Assembly (NCBI GenBank): GCA_030390025.1
Contig: CM059425.1
Span: 163,620,001-163,684,000, forward strand
Length of the DNA stretch: 64,000 bases
Origin: Squalus acanthias
Taxonomy: Eukaryota
Direction of reading: 5' to 3'
The translations under genes and the position numbers were made by a program. Position 1 is the stretch's first letter, and each line of letters opens with the position of its first letter. A model generated the notes under the pieces. That model saw only the letters and a program-made list of their open reading frames with translations. It ran no database searches and was not told the DNA's origin. This document shows positions 39,450 through 51,489 of the stretch, piece by piece.

Positions 39450-41872
39450 GGGCCTCACCTCCACCTTTGATGCTCCAGTCCCCATTAAAACCATTACTTC
39501 CTCTCACCCTGGTCGTTCTCGTTGGTATGGCCCTCATTTCCCTTCCCTTAAATCCAAGGGAAGCAGACATCAATGTATATGGCAGACAACTGGTTTAGCC
39601 ATTCATCGCCAAATCTGGCTGGACCACAAAGCACTAACTGCTCACTATTCCAGAATCATCCTGGAATGCAAAGATAACACCCAGCTTCTTTTCTCTACTG
39701 CAAACAGTCTCCTCCACCTGCATCTCCAACAAGTGCAAGGAGCTCATGGACTTTTGTCACTAAGATTAAGACCATCTGTTCAGCTGCCTCTGCCACTTCC
39801 CTCCCTTCCACTAGCCCACCGGGTCAAACTTCCTCTAAGATTCGCATCCCCCACCCCACCCTAGCCCCAAACTCACATCTTTCTCTAGTTTTTCTCCAAT
39901 CTCCTGTCATGCCCTCGAGCTCACCTTGTTCATGAGACCTACCGCCTGCTCCTCGCCCATATGCCCATTAAATTGCTGACCACCCAACTTCCCTTCCTGG
40001 CCCCCATGTTAGCTGATCTTGTTAACTATTCCCCCCCACCCCCCAGCTACCGTTACCCCCCTTCCTCTTCAAATCTGCAGTCATTGCCATTCTCTCTCCG
40101 TCTTTGCAAACTACTACCCCGTCTCCAACCTCCCTTTCCTCAAGTCCTTGAATGGATGTTGCTTCCCAAATCCATGCCCATCTTTCGCAGAACTCCATTT
40201 CTGAATCCTCTAATCAGGTTTGCATCCCTGCCACCGTACTAAAACAGCTCTCAAAGTCACAAATGACATCCTATGTGACGGCAGCCATGGTATACTATCC
40301 CTCCTCGTCCTGCCTGCAGCCTTTCACCGCACTATCCTCCAACGCCTGTCCACCATTGTCCAGCTGGGTGGAACTGCACTTACCTCGTGCCATTCTTATC
40401 TATCCAGTCGTAGCCAGAGAATCACCTGCAATGGTTTCTCTGCTCGCTCCCACATTGTTACCTCTGGTGTCCCCCAAGGATCTATCCTTGGCCCCCCCCC
40501 CCCCATTTCTTATCTACATGCTGCCCCTCGGCAACATCATCCGAAAAAAAGCATCAGGTTCCACATGTACACTGGCGACACCCAGCTCTACCTTACCACC
40601 ACCCCTCTCGCCCCCTCCACCGTCAGACTTATCAGACATCCAGTACTGGATGAGCAGAAATTTCCTCCAACTAAATATCGGGAAGACTGAAGCCCTCATC
40701 TTCCATCCCTCTCACTGGCAACTGTCTGAGGCTGAACCAGACTGTTCGCAACCTTGGTGTTATATTTGACCCCGAGATGAGCTTCTGAGCACAAATCTGC
40801 ATCATCACTAAGACTGCCTATTTTCACCTCCGTAACAACGCCCGACTACGCCACTGTCTCAGCTCATCTGCTGTTGAAACCCTCATCCATGCTTTGGTTA
40901 CGTCTAGACTTCAGCATTCTAACGCACTCCTGGCCAGCCTCCCATCTTCCACCCTCCATAAACTTAAGGTCATCCAAAGCTCTGCTGCCTAACTTGCACC
41001 AAATCCCACTTACCCATCACCCCCGTGCTCAGTGACCTACATTGGCTCCCAGTTAAGCTCCCGGTCAAGTAATACCTCTTAAAATTCTCATCCTGTTTTC
41101 AAATCCCTCCACGGCCTCGGCCCTCCCCATCTCCAAAACCTCCTCCAGCCCTACAACCCTCGGATATCCGCGCTTCTCCAATTTGGCCTCTTGCACATCC
41201 CATTTTAATAGCTTCACCATTGGCAGCCGTGCCTTCAGCTGCCAATGTCCTAAACTCTGGGAATTCATTCACTAAACTTCACCACCTCTTTCCTCCTTGA
41301 AAGATGCTCCTTAAAACCTGCCTCTTTGACCAAGCTTTGATCAAAACCTTTGTCCCCATTTTTCTGGCGGCAGCTGCTGCTGAGGATTGATATTCCCATT
41401 TACATCTCCTCTAGACTCATATTTTCTTTCTTTACTTGTCCCATTACCATCTCTTCACCTTGCACCATCATCCCTTTTGTCATTTAATCTCTCCTGCCAT
41501 CCACCCCATCACAGACCATCCATTTTGTTCTTTCTTCCCCTGTGCCCTTTCTGTACCTCTGTACTTGCTTAAAACCAGTTGCATCTCGAACATTTTCCAG
41601 TTCTGACGAAAGGTCATCGACCTGAAAGATCAACTTGGTTTCTCTCTGCAGAGATACTGTCTGACCTGCTGAGTATTTCCAGCATTTTCTGTTTTTATTT
41701 CAGAATTCCAGCATCTGCAATATTTTGCTTTAGTCTTTGACCAAGCTTTTGGTCATCTGCCCCAATATGTCCTTAAGTGGCTTGGTGTCAAATTTTATTT
41801 GCTAATGCTCCTGTGAAGTGCCTTGGGATGTTTTACTACGTTAAAGGTGCTCTATAAGTGCAAGTTGTTGTT
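39450..41872 (+). mobile_element. L2 LINE 3' portion (RT to tail), interrupted by a PLE repeat
   Basis: TALKVTNDIL...GVPQGSILGP...FHMYTGDTQLYL, NFLQLNIGKTE; tail GTGCAAGTTGTTGTT at ~41858-41872. Confidence 0.85.
41339..41733 (+). mobile_element. Solo terminal repeat of PLE family B, with a hammerhead-like motif at 41599-41635
   Basis: Homologous to the reverse of 20498-20820; 16-bp TSD TCTTTGACCAAGCTTT at 41323-41338 and 41734-41749. Confidence 0.8.
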
Positions 41873-42299
41873 ACATAGTCAAGTTAGATCTGCCACTCGC
41901 CAAGAGTGCTGCCCTTGAAGTGAAGATGGGGAACATACTAGGGGAACAGCAGCGGTGGGATATATTGAGTGAGTTAGTGGGAGTGAAGGCATCTGAGGCA
42001 AACATAAGATAGTTGTTCAGTTCAGCAGTGGCAGAGGTACTGAGGGGTGACATGCCAGAGGAGAGGAAGCTGCGAGTTTGAGAGCAAATTAGTGAGGGAG
42101 CTGGAGGTAAAGCTTTTTCCAGGGGCGGCGAGCAAGGTGTCTGGAATGTAAGGAAGACAAGGAAGAGGTCACTGTTAGCCTTGGTAATCAAAATCTCAGA
42201 AGTGAAAAGACAGAGAGATGGCGAGATCAAGGGAGTGACTGTTGATGTGGATAGGTGTTTGTCAAGGCTGAGACTGAACGAGGATAAGATAGCAGAGAA

Positions 42300-42620
42300 G
42301 CCTTCTTCGGCAGCACCTCCCAAGCCCGCAACCTCTTCCACCTAGAAGGACAAGGGCAGCAGGCGCATGGGAACACCACCACCTCCAAATTCCCCTCCAA
42401 GTCACACACCATCCTGACTTAGAAGTCTATCGCCATTCCTTCATCATCACTGGGTCAAAATCCTGGAACTCCCTCCCTAACAGCACTGTGGGAGTACCTT
42501 CACCACACAGACTGCAGCGGTTCAAGGCGGCAGCTCATCACCACCTTCGCTAGGGCAATTAGGGATGGGCAATAAATGCTGGCCTTGCCAGCGACGCCCA
42601 CATCCCATAAACAAATTTAA
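42300..42620 (+). mobile_element. LINE family B 3' end
   Basis: Near-identical to 27465-27775. Confidence 0.85.
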
Positions 42621-43014
42621 AAAGCCAAATATCCAGAGCCATAAAACATACATGACTTGTTTAAAGCACAGTATGCAGCTCATTTAACAGTGGCCAAGGT
42701 AAGAAGTTGGCGTGAACATGGGGGGGCAGGCAAGTACACAACTAGAATTTTAAATGATAGATGAAGAGGGCGAGATGAGCAGAAGGCATGGATGAAAAAA
42801 GTAGTTTTTGCCTCAGAGGAACAGAAAACCCATATCTCTATATGGGTTTATCATCTATACTGTCCCCAACACATGATAATTAAAACTCGGTATATATTAT
42901 TTCCAAACACACTCAGATTCTAAATTTAGGCTTTAGATTCTCATGAATGGTTCGCTTATATAAAAAGTTGGACGTGACATTTTGGCGTGATGTCAAAGAT
43001 TTATGACAATACCA

Positions 43015-43298
43015 AGGAAATGGGTACAGTAGTAGTGGTTCTGTTGCTCGACTAGTAATCCAGAGAACACACGTTAAAATTCCACCATGGCAGTTTGAGA
43101 ATTTTAATTCAGTTTTAAAAAAAAACTGGAAATAAAAACCTGAATGGTCAAGCACTCCAATCAGTTGCATCAAACCACTACAAAGAATTACAGACTGCAG
43201 CAGTTCAAGATGACCTACCAACACCTTCGCTGGGCAACAAGGGATGGACAATAAATGCCAGCCGCACCAGTGACACCCACATCCAGAGAACGAGAAGA
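43015..43298 (+). mobile_element. tRNA-derived SINE with a LINE family B tail
   Basis: Head like 17035-17205; 43191-43291 matches the LINE B 3' end. Confidence 0.65.
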
Positions 43299-45328
43299 AA
43301 CAAAAAGCTATGATTTTAAGAGGAAATTAGTGAGGGAGCTGGAAGAATTTTTTTTTCCAAGCGGTGGATTGTAAGGGTGTTGGGTGGTAAGAAAGACAAG
43401 TAAATGGTCAGAGCTAGCCTTGTCATTGATCAAAAACTCAAGGTGAAAAGACTAAAGGAACAGGGTGGGTAAATGTAATTTAGAACTTGCGTGGAGGGTA
43501 AATGCGGATATAGAATGGTTGGGCCGAATAGCCTGTTTCCGTGTTGGAACCTCTTGGTATTTCTTTGGATGAAACAAAACTGAGGAAGAGGAGCAGTAGA
43601 GAATACTTCAGTAGATCACAGTTCAGAAGTAAGGAAGAGTTGGAACAATAAATTTGACTACATGTGTTACAAATAATCGACTTTTCTTTATTGAATACCT
43701 GGGGACGGTGTTGAGGCAGCCCGTCGAACTGTTGCCAGAGAATTACCGATCCTAAATGCGTCCAAATTTTTCCAAAAGTAAAGTGTCGATATACAAGGAT
43801 TGCTTTACATTACTAGCTTGCAGATGTTCTCTACAAGCTACACAAAAGCTAATCAACATCATGTCTATAGATCCTGTGAAACAACCTTTAATCTTGAATA
43901 GTGGGTCATATCTGCTGCTATCAATCATGTGGCCATCTGCTACTTAGAAACAAGTTAGCCCAAGTGTTGATTCTAAGGAAAAAAACTAGACTTGATAATT
44001 TTACCCTGTCCACACAAAAAGATGTGCTGTAGACTTAGTGAAGCTTGTGACACTTTCAGATGGATACATCAAGTGTACGTATGTGGGTTTTGGCCAGGGG
44101 AGAGAAAATGGGCGGCTGGATAAACTTCCGAAATTATGGGTCTTCAAACCACTGAGTGCCAGTTGAGGCAAGCAGTATCCTGCCAAGACATACATTTTTC
44201 TGCTCTTCCTGAAATTTCACAAGTCCCATTTGCACCACTGACACATTTGCCCACTTTGGGGCGAGTTAGAGGAAGAACAGTGCATCATCCTTGCAAAAGC
44301 ACACTGCCAGTCAAAAATAGTGAACTTGCCATATGGAGTATGGTAAATGCAAAATGTTACTACTGTGTGCAGGTTCGTGCATCAATGGACTGTACTATTT
44401 GAATGCTATGCTTTCGATGCTATAACAGCCATACGTTTAACAGATTTGGGCAGTCATCATCTGCTCAATAACTAGCTAAGGGTGGATGGTGCAAGAATTC
44501 CCTTTTCACCTGGAAGGATTCTTTGTACGATGTGCCCAAGGGGTATTAGATCAAGGAATCAAAATACACAAGACCATTTTGGTTGCTTTCATGAGGATTC
44601 AAGCTTGCTTTATCATGTTCTACTTAGGGAGCAAAAATGTAAGAACAAAAGTATAAAGTGGACACCCTCCCACAGCCACCAAAGGGATAAGCCCTTCAGG
44701 GCTAGACCGGGTGTGAATTTAAAAATTAGTTATAACATTTTGACTTGCTTGCCATAACGAACAGTTAAGCATATCCATTCCCTTCTCCCTCAACTACAAA
44801 CTCGAAGAGAGTAATTTTGAGATTAGGAAGTCCATGAATGTTCAAATGTTTGCCAACAAAAAAAATCAGTTAATTTGCTCAAGAGCTTGGACAATGAGTG
44901 TTAATAGTTTATTTGGCCCCAGGGAAGTCTCATAATAGTGCCAAAGTCCACATGTATGCACTTCTAGTAGGCATCATTGAACAGCAATCAGAAGCTGGAA
45001 TCCAGGCTAATTTTTCCCTTCCCTGGCCCATGGGCACCAGGGCCAATTGTAGCTGCAAGCATGGGACAGCTGCATACTGAATAATCAGCAGTATTTTGCT
45101 TTTGTACTGAATAATCTTGCTGAGCTATCCAAGTAAAAGTTTGCAGTTCTGTTTTTAAAAAAAAGTCAAAGTCCAACATTGTGCTGCTAGCAAAATTCTC
45201 AAGAAAGTAGTAAAAAAAAAAAATACTAATGTTGACAACTCAAAAGATGGAGCTATGGTGAGGGTTACTTGGGAATACAATTAAGGGAGTTGGAAAAAGG
45301 CTATGGTTATAAACATAAGTTTACAAAA

Positions 45329-47821
45329 GCAAAATACTGCAGATGCTAGAAATCTGCAATAAAAAAAAAGAAGATGCAAGCAGCAGGTCAGGCAGCATCT
45401 GTGGAGAGAGAAACAGAGTTAACGTTTCAGGTCAATGACCTTTCATCAGAACTGGAAAAAGTTAGAGATGTAACAGGTTTTAAGCAAGTAGAGAGGCAGG
45501 AAGGTGGGGGGGGGTTGGGGGGAAGGGGAGGAAAGAACAAAATGGAAGGTCTGTGATGAGGTGGAAGGCATGAGTGATGAAATGACAAAAGGGATGATGG
45601 CGTAAGGCAAAAGGGGGTAATTAAGGGACAAGATAAGAAACAAAAGAGGAGCTGAAAATGACAAAAGCAGAATTACCAATCATTACCAGCAACTGCTGGC
45701 TGGAAAAAAGGGAGCAGTGGTTATGATCTGAAATTGTTGAACTCAATGTTGAGTCTGGAAGGCTGTAAACTGCCTCATCGAAAGAGGAGGTGCTGTTCCG
45801 CGAGCTTCATGTAGGAGGCCAAGGACAGAGAGGTCAGAGTGGAATTGGGACGGAGAATTAAAACGATAAGTGACTAAGCCCAGGGTCACACTTGCGGACT
45901 GAACGGAGGTGTTTTGCAAAACTATCACCCAATCTGCGGTTGGTCTCGCCAATACAGAGACCACTGCACCGTGAGCAGCAAATACAGTATACAAAATTGA
46001 AAATACTACAAGTAAATCGCTGTTTCATCTGGAAGGAGTGTTTGGGGCTCTGGATGGTGGGAAGGGAGGAGGTAAAAGGGCAGCATTTGCTTCTCCTGCG
46101 CTTGCACGGGAAGGTGCTGTGGACGATTGAACAGTGGACCAGAGTGTTGCGGACGGAACAGTCCCTTCGGAATGGTGGAGGGGAAGATATGTTTGGTGGT
46201 GGCAACACGCTGGAGATGGCGAAAATAGCGGAGGACAATCAGTTGTATGTGGAGGCTGGCGAGGAGAAAGGCGACAATGGATGTCCAATCCTTCTACACC
46301 TATATCCCACACCACTTCTTCCTTGAATGGAGCCCCAACCAGTTACCATCCACCACCACCCTCCTTTGACTGTCTGAACTTGTTCTTCAATTGAACAACT
46401 TCTCCTTTGACTCAACTCACTTCCTCCAAATAAAAGAGTTGCTATGGGAACCCGTATGGGTCCTAGTTAAGTCTGCCTTTTCGTGGGATACATTGAACGT
46501 TCTTTGTTTCAGTCCTACGCATGTCCCCTGCCTCCCCCTTTTTCCAGTATATTGATGACTTCTAGTGCAGCTTCCTGCTCTCGCCCCAAACTGGAAAATC
46601 TCAAACTTTGCTTCCAATTTCACCCCTCCCTTGCCTTTACATGGTCCATCTCCGACTCTTATCTCCATTTCTGGGGATAGGCTGTTGACTATAAGCCCAC
46701 TGACTCCCACAGCTACCTTGATATACACTTCTTTCCATCCCGCTTCCTGTAAGGACTCTATTCCATTCTCCCAGTTTCTCAGTCTCTGTCGTATCTGTTC
46801 TGATGCCACCTTCCACCAGTGCTTCTGATGTATCTTCCTTTTTCCTGCACGGAGGATTCCCCTCCACTGTGGTTGACGGCCTTTGACCGTGTCCATCCCA
46901 TTTCATGCACTTCTGCTCGCACCTCTCCCCTCCCTCCCAGAACCACAATAGGGTTCCCCTTGTCCTCACCTTCCACCTCACCAGCCTCCACATTCAATGG
47001 ATCATCCTCCTCCATTTCCACCACCTCTGAACACATCTTCCCTTCCCCTTTCAGCATTCCGAAGGGACCATTCCCTCCGTGACACCCTGGTCCACTCTTC
47101 CATCACCCCCAACACATCCTCCCCTTCCCACAGCACCTTCCGGTGCAGATGCAACACCTGTCCTTTTACTTCCTTCCCACCATCCAGGGCCCCCAAACAC
47201 TCCTTCAAGGTGAAACAGCGATTTACTTGTAGTACTTTCAATTTATTATCCTGTAATCGTTCATTACAATGCAGTCTCCTCTATACTGGGGAGACGAACC
47301 ACAGATTGGGTGATTGTTTTGCATGGCCCTGAGCTTATGGTCGCTTGTCACTAATTCTTCACCCCACTCCCACTCTGACCTGGGCCTCCTACACTGTTCC
47401 AATGAAGCTCAATGGAAGCTCGAGGAACTCGATTAGGCACTCTACAGCCTTCCGGACTCAATACGGAGTTCAACAATTTCAGATCATAATCACTGCTCCC
47501 ATTTCCCCCTCCCCCCACCCCCCCACCCCACCCCACCAGACAGCAGTTGCTGGTAATGACACTGCTTTTGTCATTTGCAGCTCCTCTAGAACCATCTTTT
47601 CTTATGCCATCATCACTCCCTTTTGCCTTACACCAGCATCCATTGTGTCATTTAATCGCTCCTGCCTTACACCCTATGACAGACCTTCCCTTTTGTTCTT
47701 TCCTCTCCCACCTTCCCTTGCCTCTGTACTTGCTTAAAACCTGTTACACCTGAAACATTAACTGTTTCTCTTTCCACAGATGCTGCATGACCTGAGTATT
47801 TCCAGCATTTTCTGTTTTTGT
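45329..47821. mobile_element. Penelope-like element family B, two inverted segments (minus ~45329-46290, plus ~46290-47821)
   Basis: GIY-YIG remnants on both strands (LCIGETNRRLGDSFAKH; LYTGETNHRLGDCF), RT remnant AMGTRMGP; 14-bp TSD ATAAGTTTACAAAA at 45315-45328 and 47822-47835. Confidence 0.85.
45417..45453 (-). ncRNA. Minimal type I hammerhead ribozyme motif (PLE family B), canonical core
   Basis: AGUU-CUGAUGA-AAGGUC-AUU-GACCU-GAAA-CG-UU-AACU. Confidence 0.75.
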
Positions 47822-48339
47822 ATAAGTTTACAAAATGGAAGGCAGCCATTCATCCCACTCAGAGTCAGTTCTTTGCTTGAACAATCTTCTCTCCCAGCCC
47901 GGCATCTTCCTCTGCTTCAAATTAAAAAAAAATCTTATCCCTTAAAAGATGTATTGATCTCTGCCTAATCTACTTAATGTGGCAAATCATTCTACACTCT
48001 AAGAACTGTGTAAACAAAATTTCTCCTAACCCCTCTCCTCACTTTGTGACAATTATAAATTGATGACCCTTGATAGTTGGCTATCCAACAATTTAGTCTT
48101 TCCATAGTCATCCTATAAATTTCCATCACAATTTTAAAAACATCAAATCTCCTTCTCTGCTCCAGTAAAAATAGGCCCAGTATTTCAAATAGTCTCTCTC
48201 AAGATGGAATAGTGTAATGGAGTCGTAAATAAAAGGTACCTAAAGAAACTCCTCTCACGTGATGTCAATATATATGTTGCCTGGAATTTGCAGTCAGCGG
48301 CCCCAAAGTAAGCTTCGCACAAAGATGTCACGATTTCTG

Positions 48340-48675
48340 CAATCATCACAGTCCCAGGACATGACTGCAGGAGCTCCTCAGGGCAGTGTCCCAGGCCCAA
48401 CCATCTTCAGCTGCTTCATGACCTTCCCTCCAACAGAAGGTCAGAAATGGGGATGTTCGCTAATGACTGCAGTGTTCAGCACAACTCCTCAGATAATGAA
48501 GCAGTCCATGCCCGCATGCAACAAGACCTGGATGATGTTCAGGCTTGGGCTGATAAGCAGCAGGTAACATCCATGCCACAGAAGTGCCAGGCAATGACTA
48601 TCTCCAACAAGCGAGAGTCTAACCACCGCCCCTTGACATTCAACGGCCTTGCCAGCGACACCCACATCACAAAAC
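48340..48675 (+). mobile_element. LINE family B fragment with an internal deletion
   Basis: PQGSVPGPTIFSCF and MGMFANDC, joined directly to the terminal tail. Confidence 0.8.
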
Positions 48676-49562
48676 AAATTTTTTTTAAAAGACAGCGAAC
48701 AAGGAAGTGAGTATGCCCTTAAAATTCTATTTTTTAAGTTGTTAGAGAAAGCAAAACAAAGATTGGGGCTCTCACGGGGGAAAAAGGCAAACCTGAAATA
48801 AAGATGAACAAACTAGGTTTCTTAAAAATTTAAATTATGAAAATGGTTAAATTTGACACTGCACAAAATTAAAATTAGTTTTTCAGGGCCATAACCATTG
48901 TTTAGCAGTCAATACGCTGTTAAAACCCCAGCTACACCTTACCCCTTTGGGTCTAACTTTAAGTGGGGAATTTAACAGCGTAATTACTGTGGAAGAGCCA
49001 AAGTTTGTGTCAGTGTCCCTGATTGCCGGCTTTGTGGAGGGGGGGGGGGGGGGGGGGGGGCGGGGGCACAGCGCCCTGCGCGATCATCTGGACCACAAAT
49101 TCCAGACCGTATGTGAAGAAAGCTTCAGGTGTTCCATTTTTCCATAAAATAATTTTCCTATTCATCTATCAAGAGCTATTTGCTGCTCAACAGTGTAGAA
49201 GTCAAAAATTGAAAACAAATTGGCAGAAGCACAAAAATGAAACCTGTTATTTTTCAGTGTTATTCTTACAGCATCTCAGCAAGGGCACAAAATTAATCTC
49301 TTTGTAAAACAGCCTGCTCCTTAAAAAGCCCAAAGTCAGCTACAAATTTATCTTTCAGCTACTACTAGTACAATCTATTTAAAAAATCTCATCTGTGGAA
49401 GACATTCAAAACATTAACAAACGATGCTTCACGGGATTCCTTTATTTCGGAAAGAACCACAAGCAATATAGTTTACTAATTTCTAATGCAACACAAACCT
49501 GGACAGTTAGAGACAATCAATCTGTAACAATCATTTTACACTTGGCAACTGATTTTATTTAC

Positions 49563-49656
49563 CTCTGGTGAAGATGCAGACTCTCTATCTTTAGGAGAGC
49601 TTGATGGAACTGGGTCTGCTTGATGGCTATTGGAATTCTGCAGCTGAGATAATTTT
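49563..49656 (-). CDS. ELL2: ELL2 coding exon (94 nt; exon 7 equivalent)
   Basis: ttgaaacag|(R)KLSQLQNSNSHQADPVPSSSPKDRESASSPE|gtaaat; phases 2/0 fit the neighbouring exons. Confidence 0.9.
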
Positions 49657-50764
49657 CTGTTTCAAAGATTGAGGAAAAAAAATGTCAGATCCATCTTCTC
49701 ATCTTGGACCCATGCAGTTATATCTACTGTTTTCATTACATCCACGTACAGCCAAGCGTTCTATGTCTGCCAGAAACAAAACTACTGCATTGGGTGCAAC
49801 CTCCACAGAAGATTGAAGTCCATGAAACTAGCAAAAGTGAAAATCAGACACCAGTGGAGATTCGCAAAATTAAACAAATGTTCCAGAAGAGGGTCTCAAA
49901 TGGCCATCTCAGTTACAATACCATCTTTGTTTTAATGTGAAACAGTTTCAAATATATAAAACCACGAGAATAACGGTGATAAAGTCAGCAATTTAACCAT
50001 CGGCTGCACTAAATCACCTCCCACTCATACCGTTTGGGATGTACCCTTTGCAGTATAACTGCAGTCCAGTGCCAAGCAAACTTTAACAAGCTTCGAAGCT
50101 GTTCAGCAGATTAGTTGATCTTTTTTAAAAACTATGGGCAGATTTTAACCCTGCCAGCCATGGTTCCCTGCCAGGTCAACCTTGCAGCAAACAGATCCAG
50201 GGCTACAAGAAGTCCAGAAAGGCAAATTATTTATATATTTTTCCCCTTTGGGCCAGGGGAGGCAGGTGTGACCCTCTCCTTGCCCACCTGCCCCGGGCTT
50301 CCCTCTCCTACCCTGATTGCGAAGCCCTCTCAAAACCTCTTCTAACCACTTAACTGACTGCAGGGGCCAACCCTCTGCAGGAAGCCTGCCAGCGCTTTCT
50401 GCCAGGTCCAAGGGTGAGGCAAGAGAGACTGATCGGGGCCATGTATATGAAACCTGGGAGATTTTAACTCCCGGGCCTCACTCTGCAAAGGACTAGATGG
50501 TTTCCTGTCCACCTCGGCCCGTGCCCACATGGCTCCTACCTGGAGTCAAGATCGGGGCTTTAAATTTATTGTGCTAGGAGAGCGCCGAGGCTCCCATTCA
50601 CCAACATTAAAATTTACCGACCATTCAGAAGCCAGTGAACACATTGTAACTGCGCACAGTGCAATGTGAAACTGGAGTTGTAATTCATCTCTGTTAGCCA
50701 TGTATTACACTATACAGTAACAGTCAGAGCAAAATTTGTATAATAACTGGACCCTTTATGTTAA

Positions 50765-51395
50765 TGCTGACCATCAACAGTAGCTACCCCAGAAATGGAG
50801 ATAGAGAAGTCGAGGAAGGGAAGGGAAGAGTCAGAGATGGACCATGTGAAGGTGAGGGAAGGGTGGAAATTGGAAGCAGTGAATGAAATTTTCTAGTTCA
50901 GGACGAGAGCGGGAAACGGCACCGATACAGTCATCAATGTACTAGAAAAAGAGGTGAGGGAGGGGACCCGAGCAGGCATGGAACAAAGAACGTTCCACAT
51001 CCCCCACGAAAAGGCAGACCTAGCTAGGACCCATGTGGGTTCTCGCAGCAACACCTTTAATTTGGAGGAAGCGAGAGCAGTTAAAGGAGAAGTTGTTCAA
51101 TATGAGAACAAGTTCAGCCAGGCAGAGGAGGATGGTGGATGGGGACTGGTTGGGCCTCGGTTCAAGGAAGAGGCGGAGCGCCCTCAGGCTGTCCTGGTGG
51201 GGGATGGAGGTGTAGAGGGATTGGACGTCCAGTGAAAAGGAGATGGTTACATCTCTAACTTTTTCCAGTTCTGACGAAAGGTCATTGACCTGAAATGTTA
51301 ACTCTGTTTCTCGCCACAGATGCTGCCTGACCTGCTGAGTATTCCCAGCATTTTCTGTTTCTAGTTCAGATTTCCAGCATCCGTGGCATTTTGCA
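50765..51395. mobile_element. PLE family B fragment (RT on minus, terminal repeat on plus) with a hammerhead motif at 51267-51303
   Basis: Reverse homology to 46300-46700, followed by AGTT-CTGACGA-AAGGTC-ATT-GACCT-GAAA-TG-TT-AACT. Confidence 0.78.
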
Positions 51396-51489
51396 TTAAA
51401 GTTTACTTTGGGGTTGCCATTGTCTGCGCAGAAGGAGCTGGCAGCACTAGCATTGAAGGTGTCATCGACATCCCATACACCATCTTAAA

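Noticed and set aside
44900..45110. Possible ancient SINE relic (similar hints at ~4200-4450 and ~31500-31690)
   Set aside because: Similarity too weak to support without a profile search.
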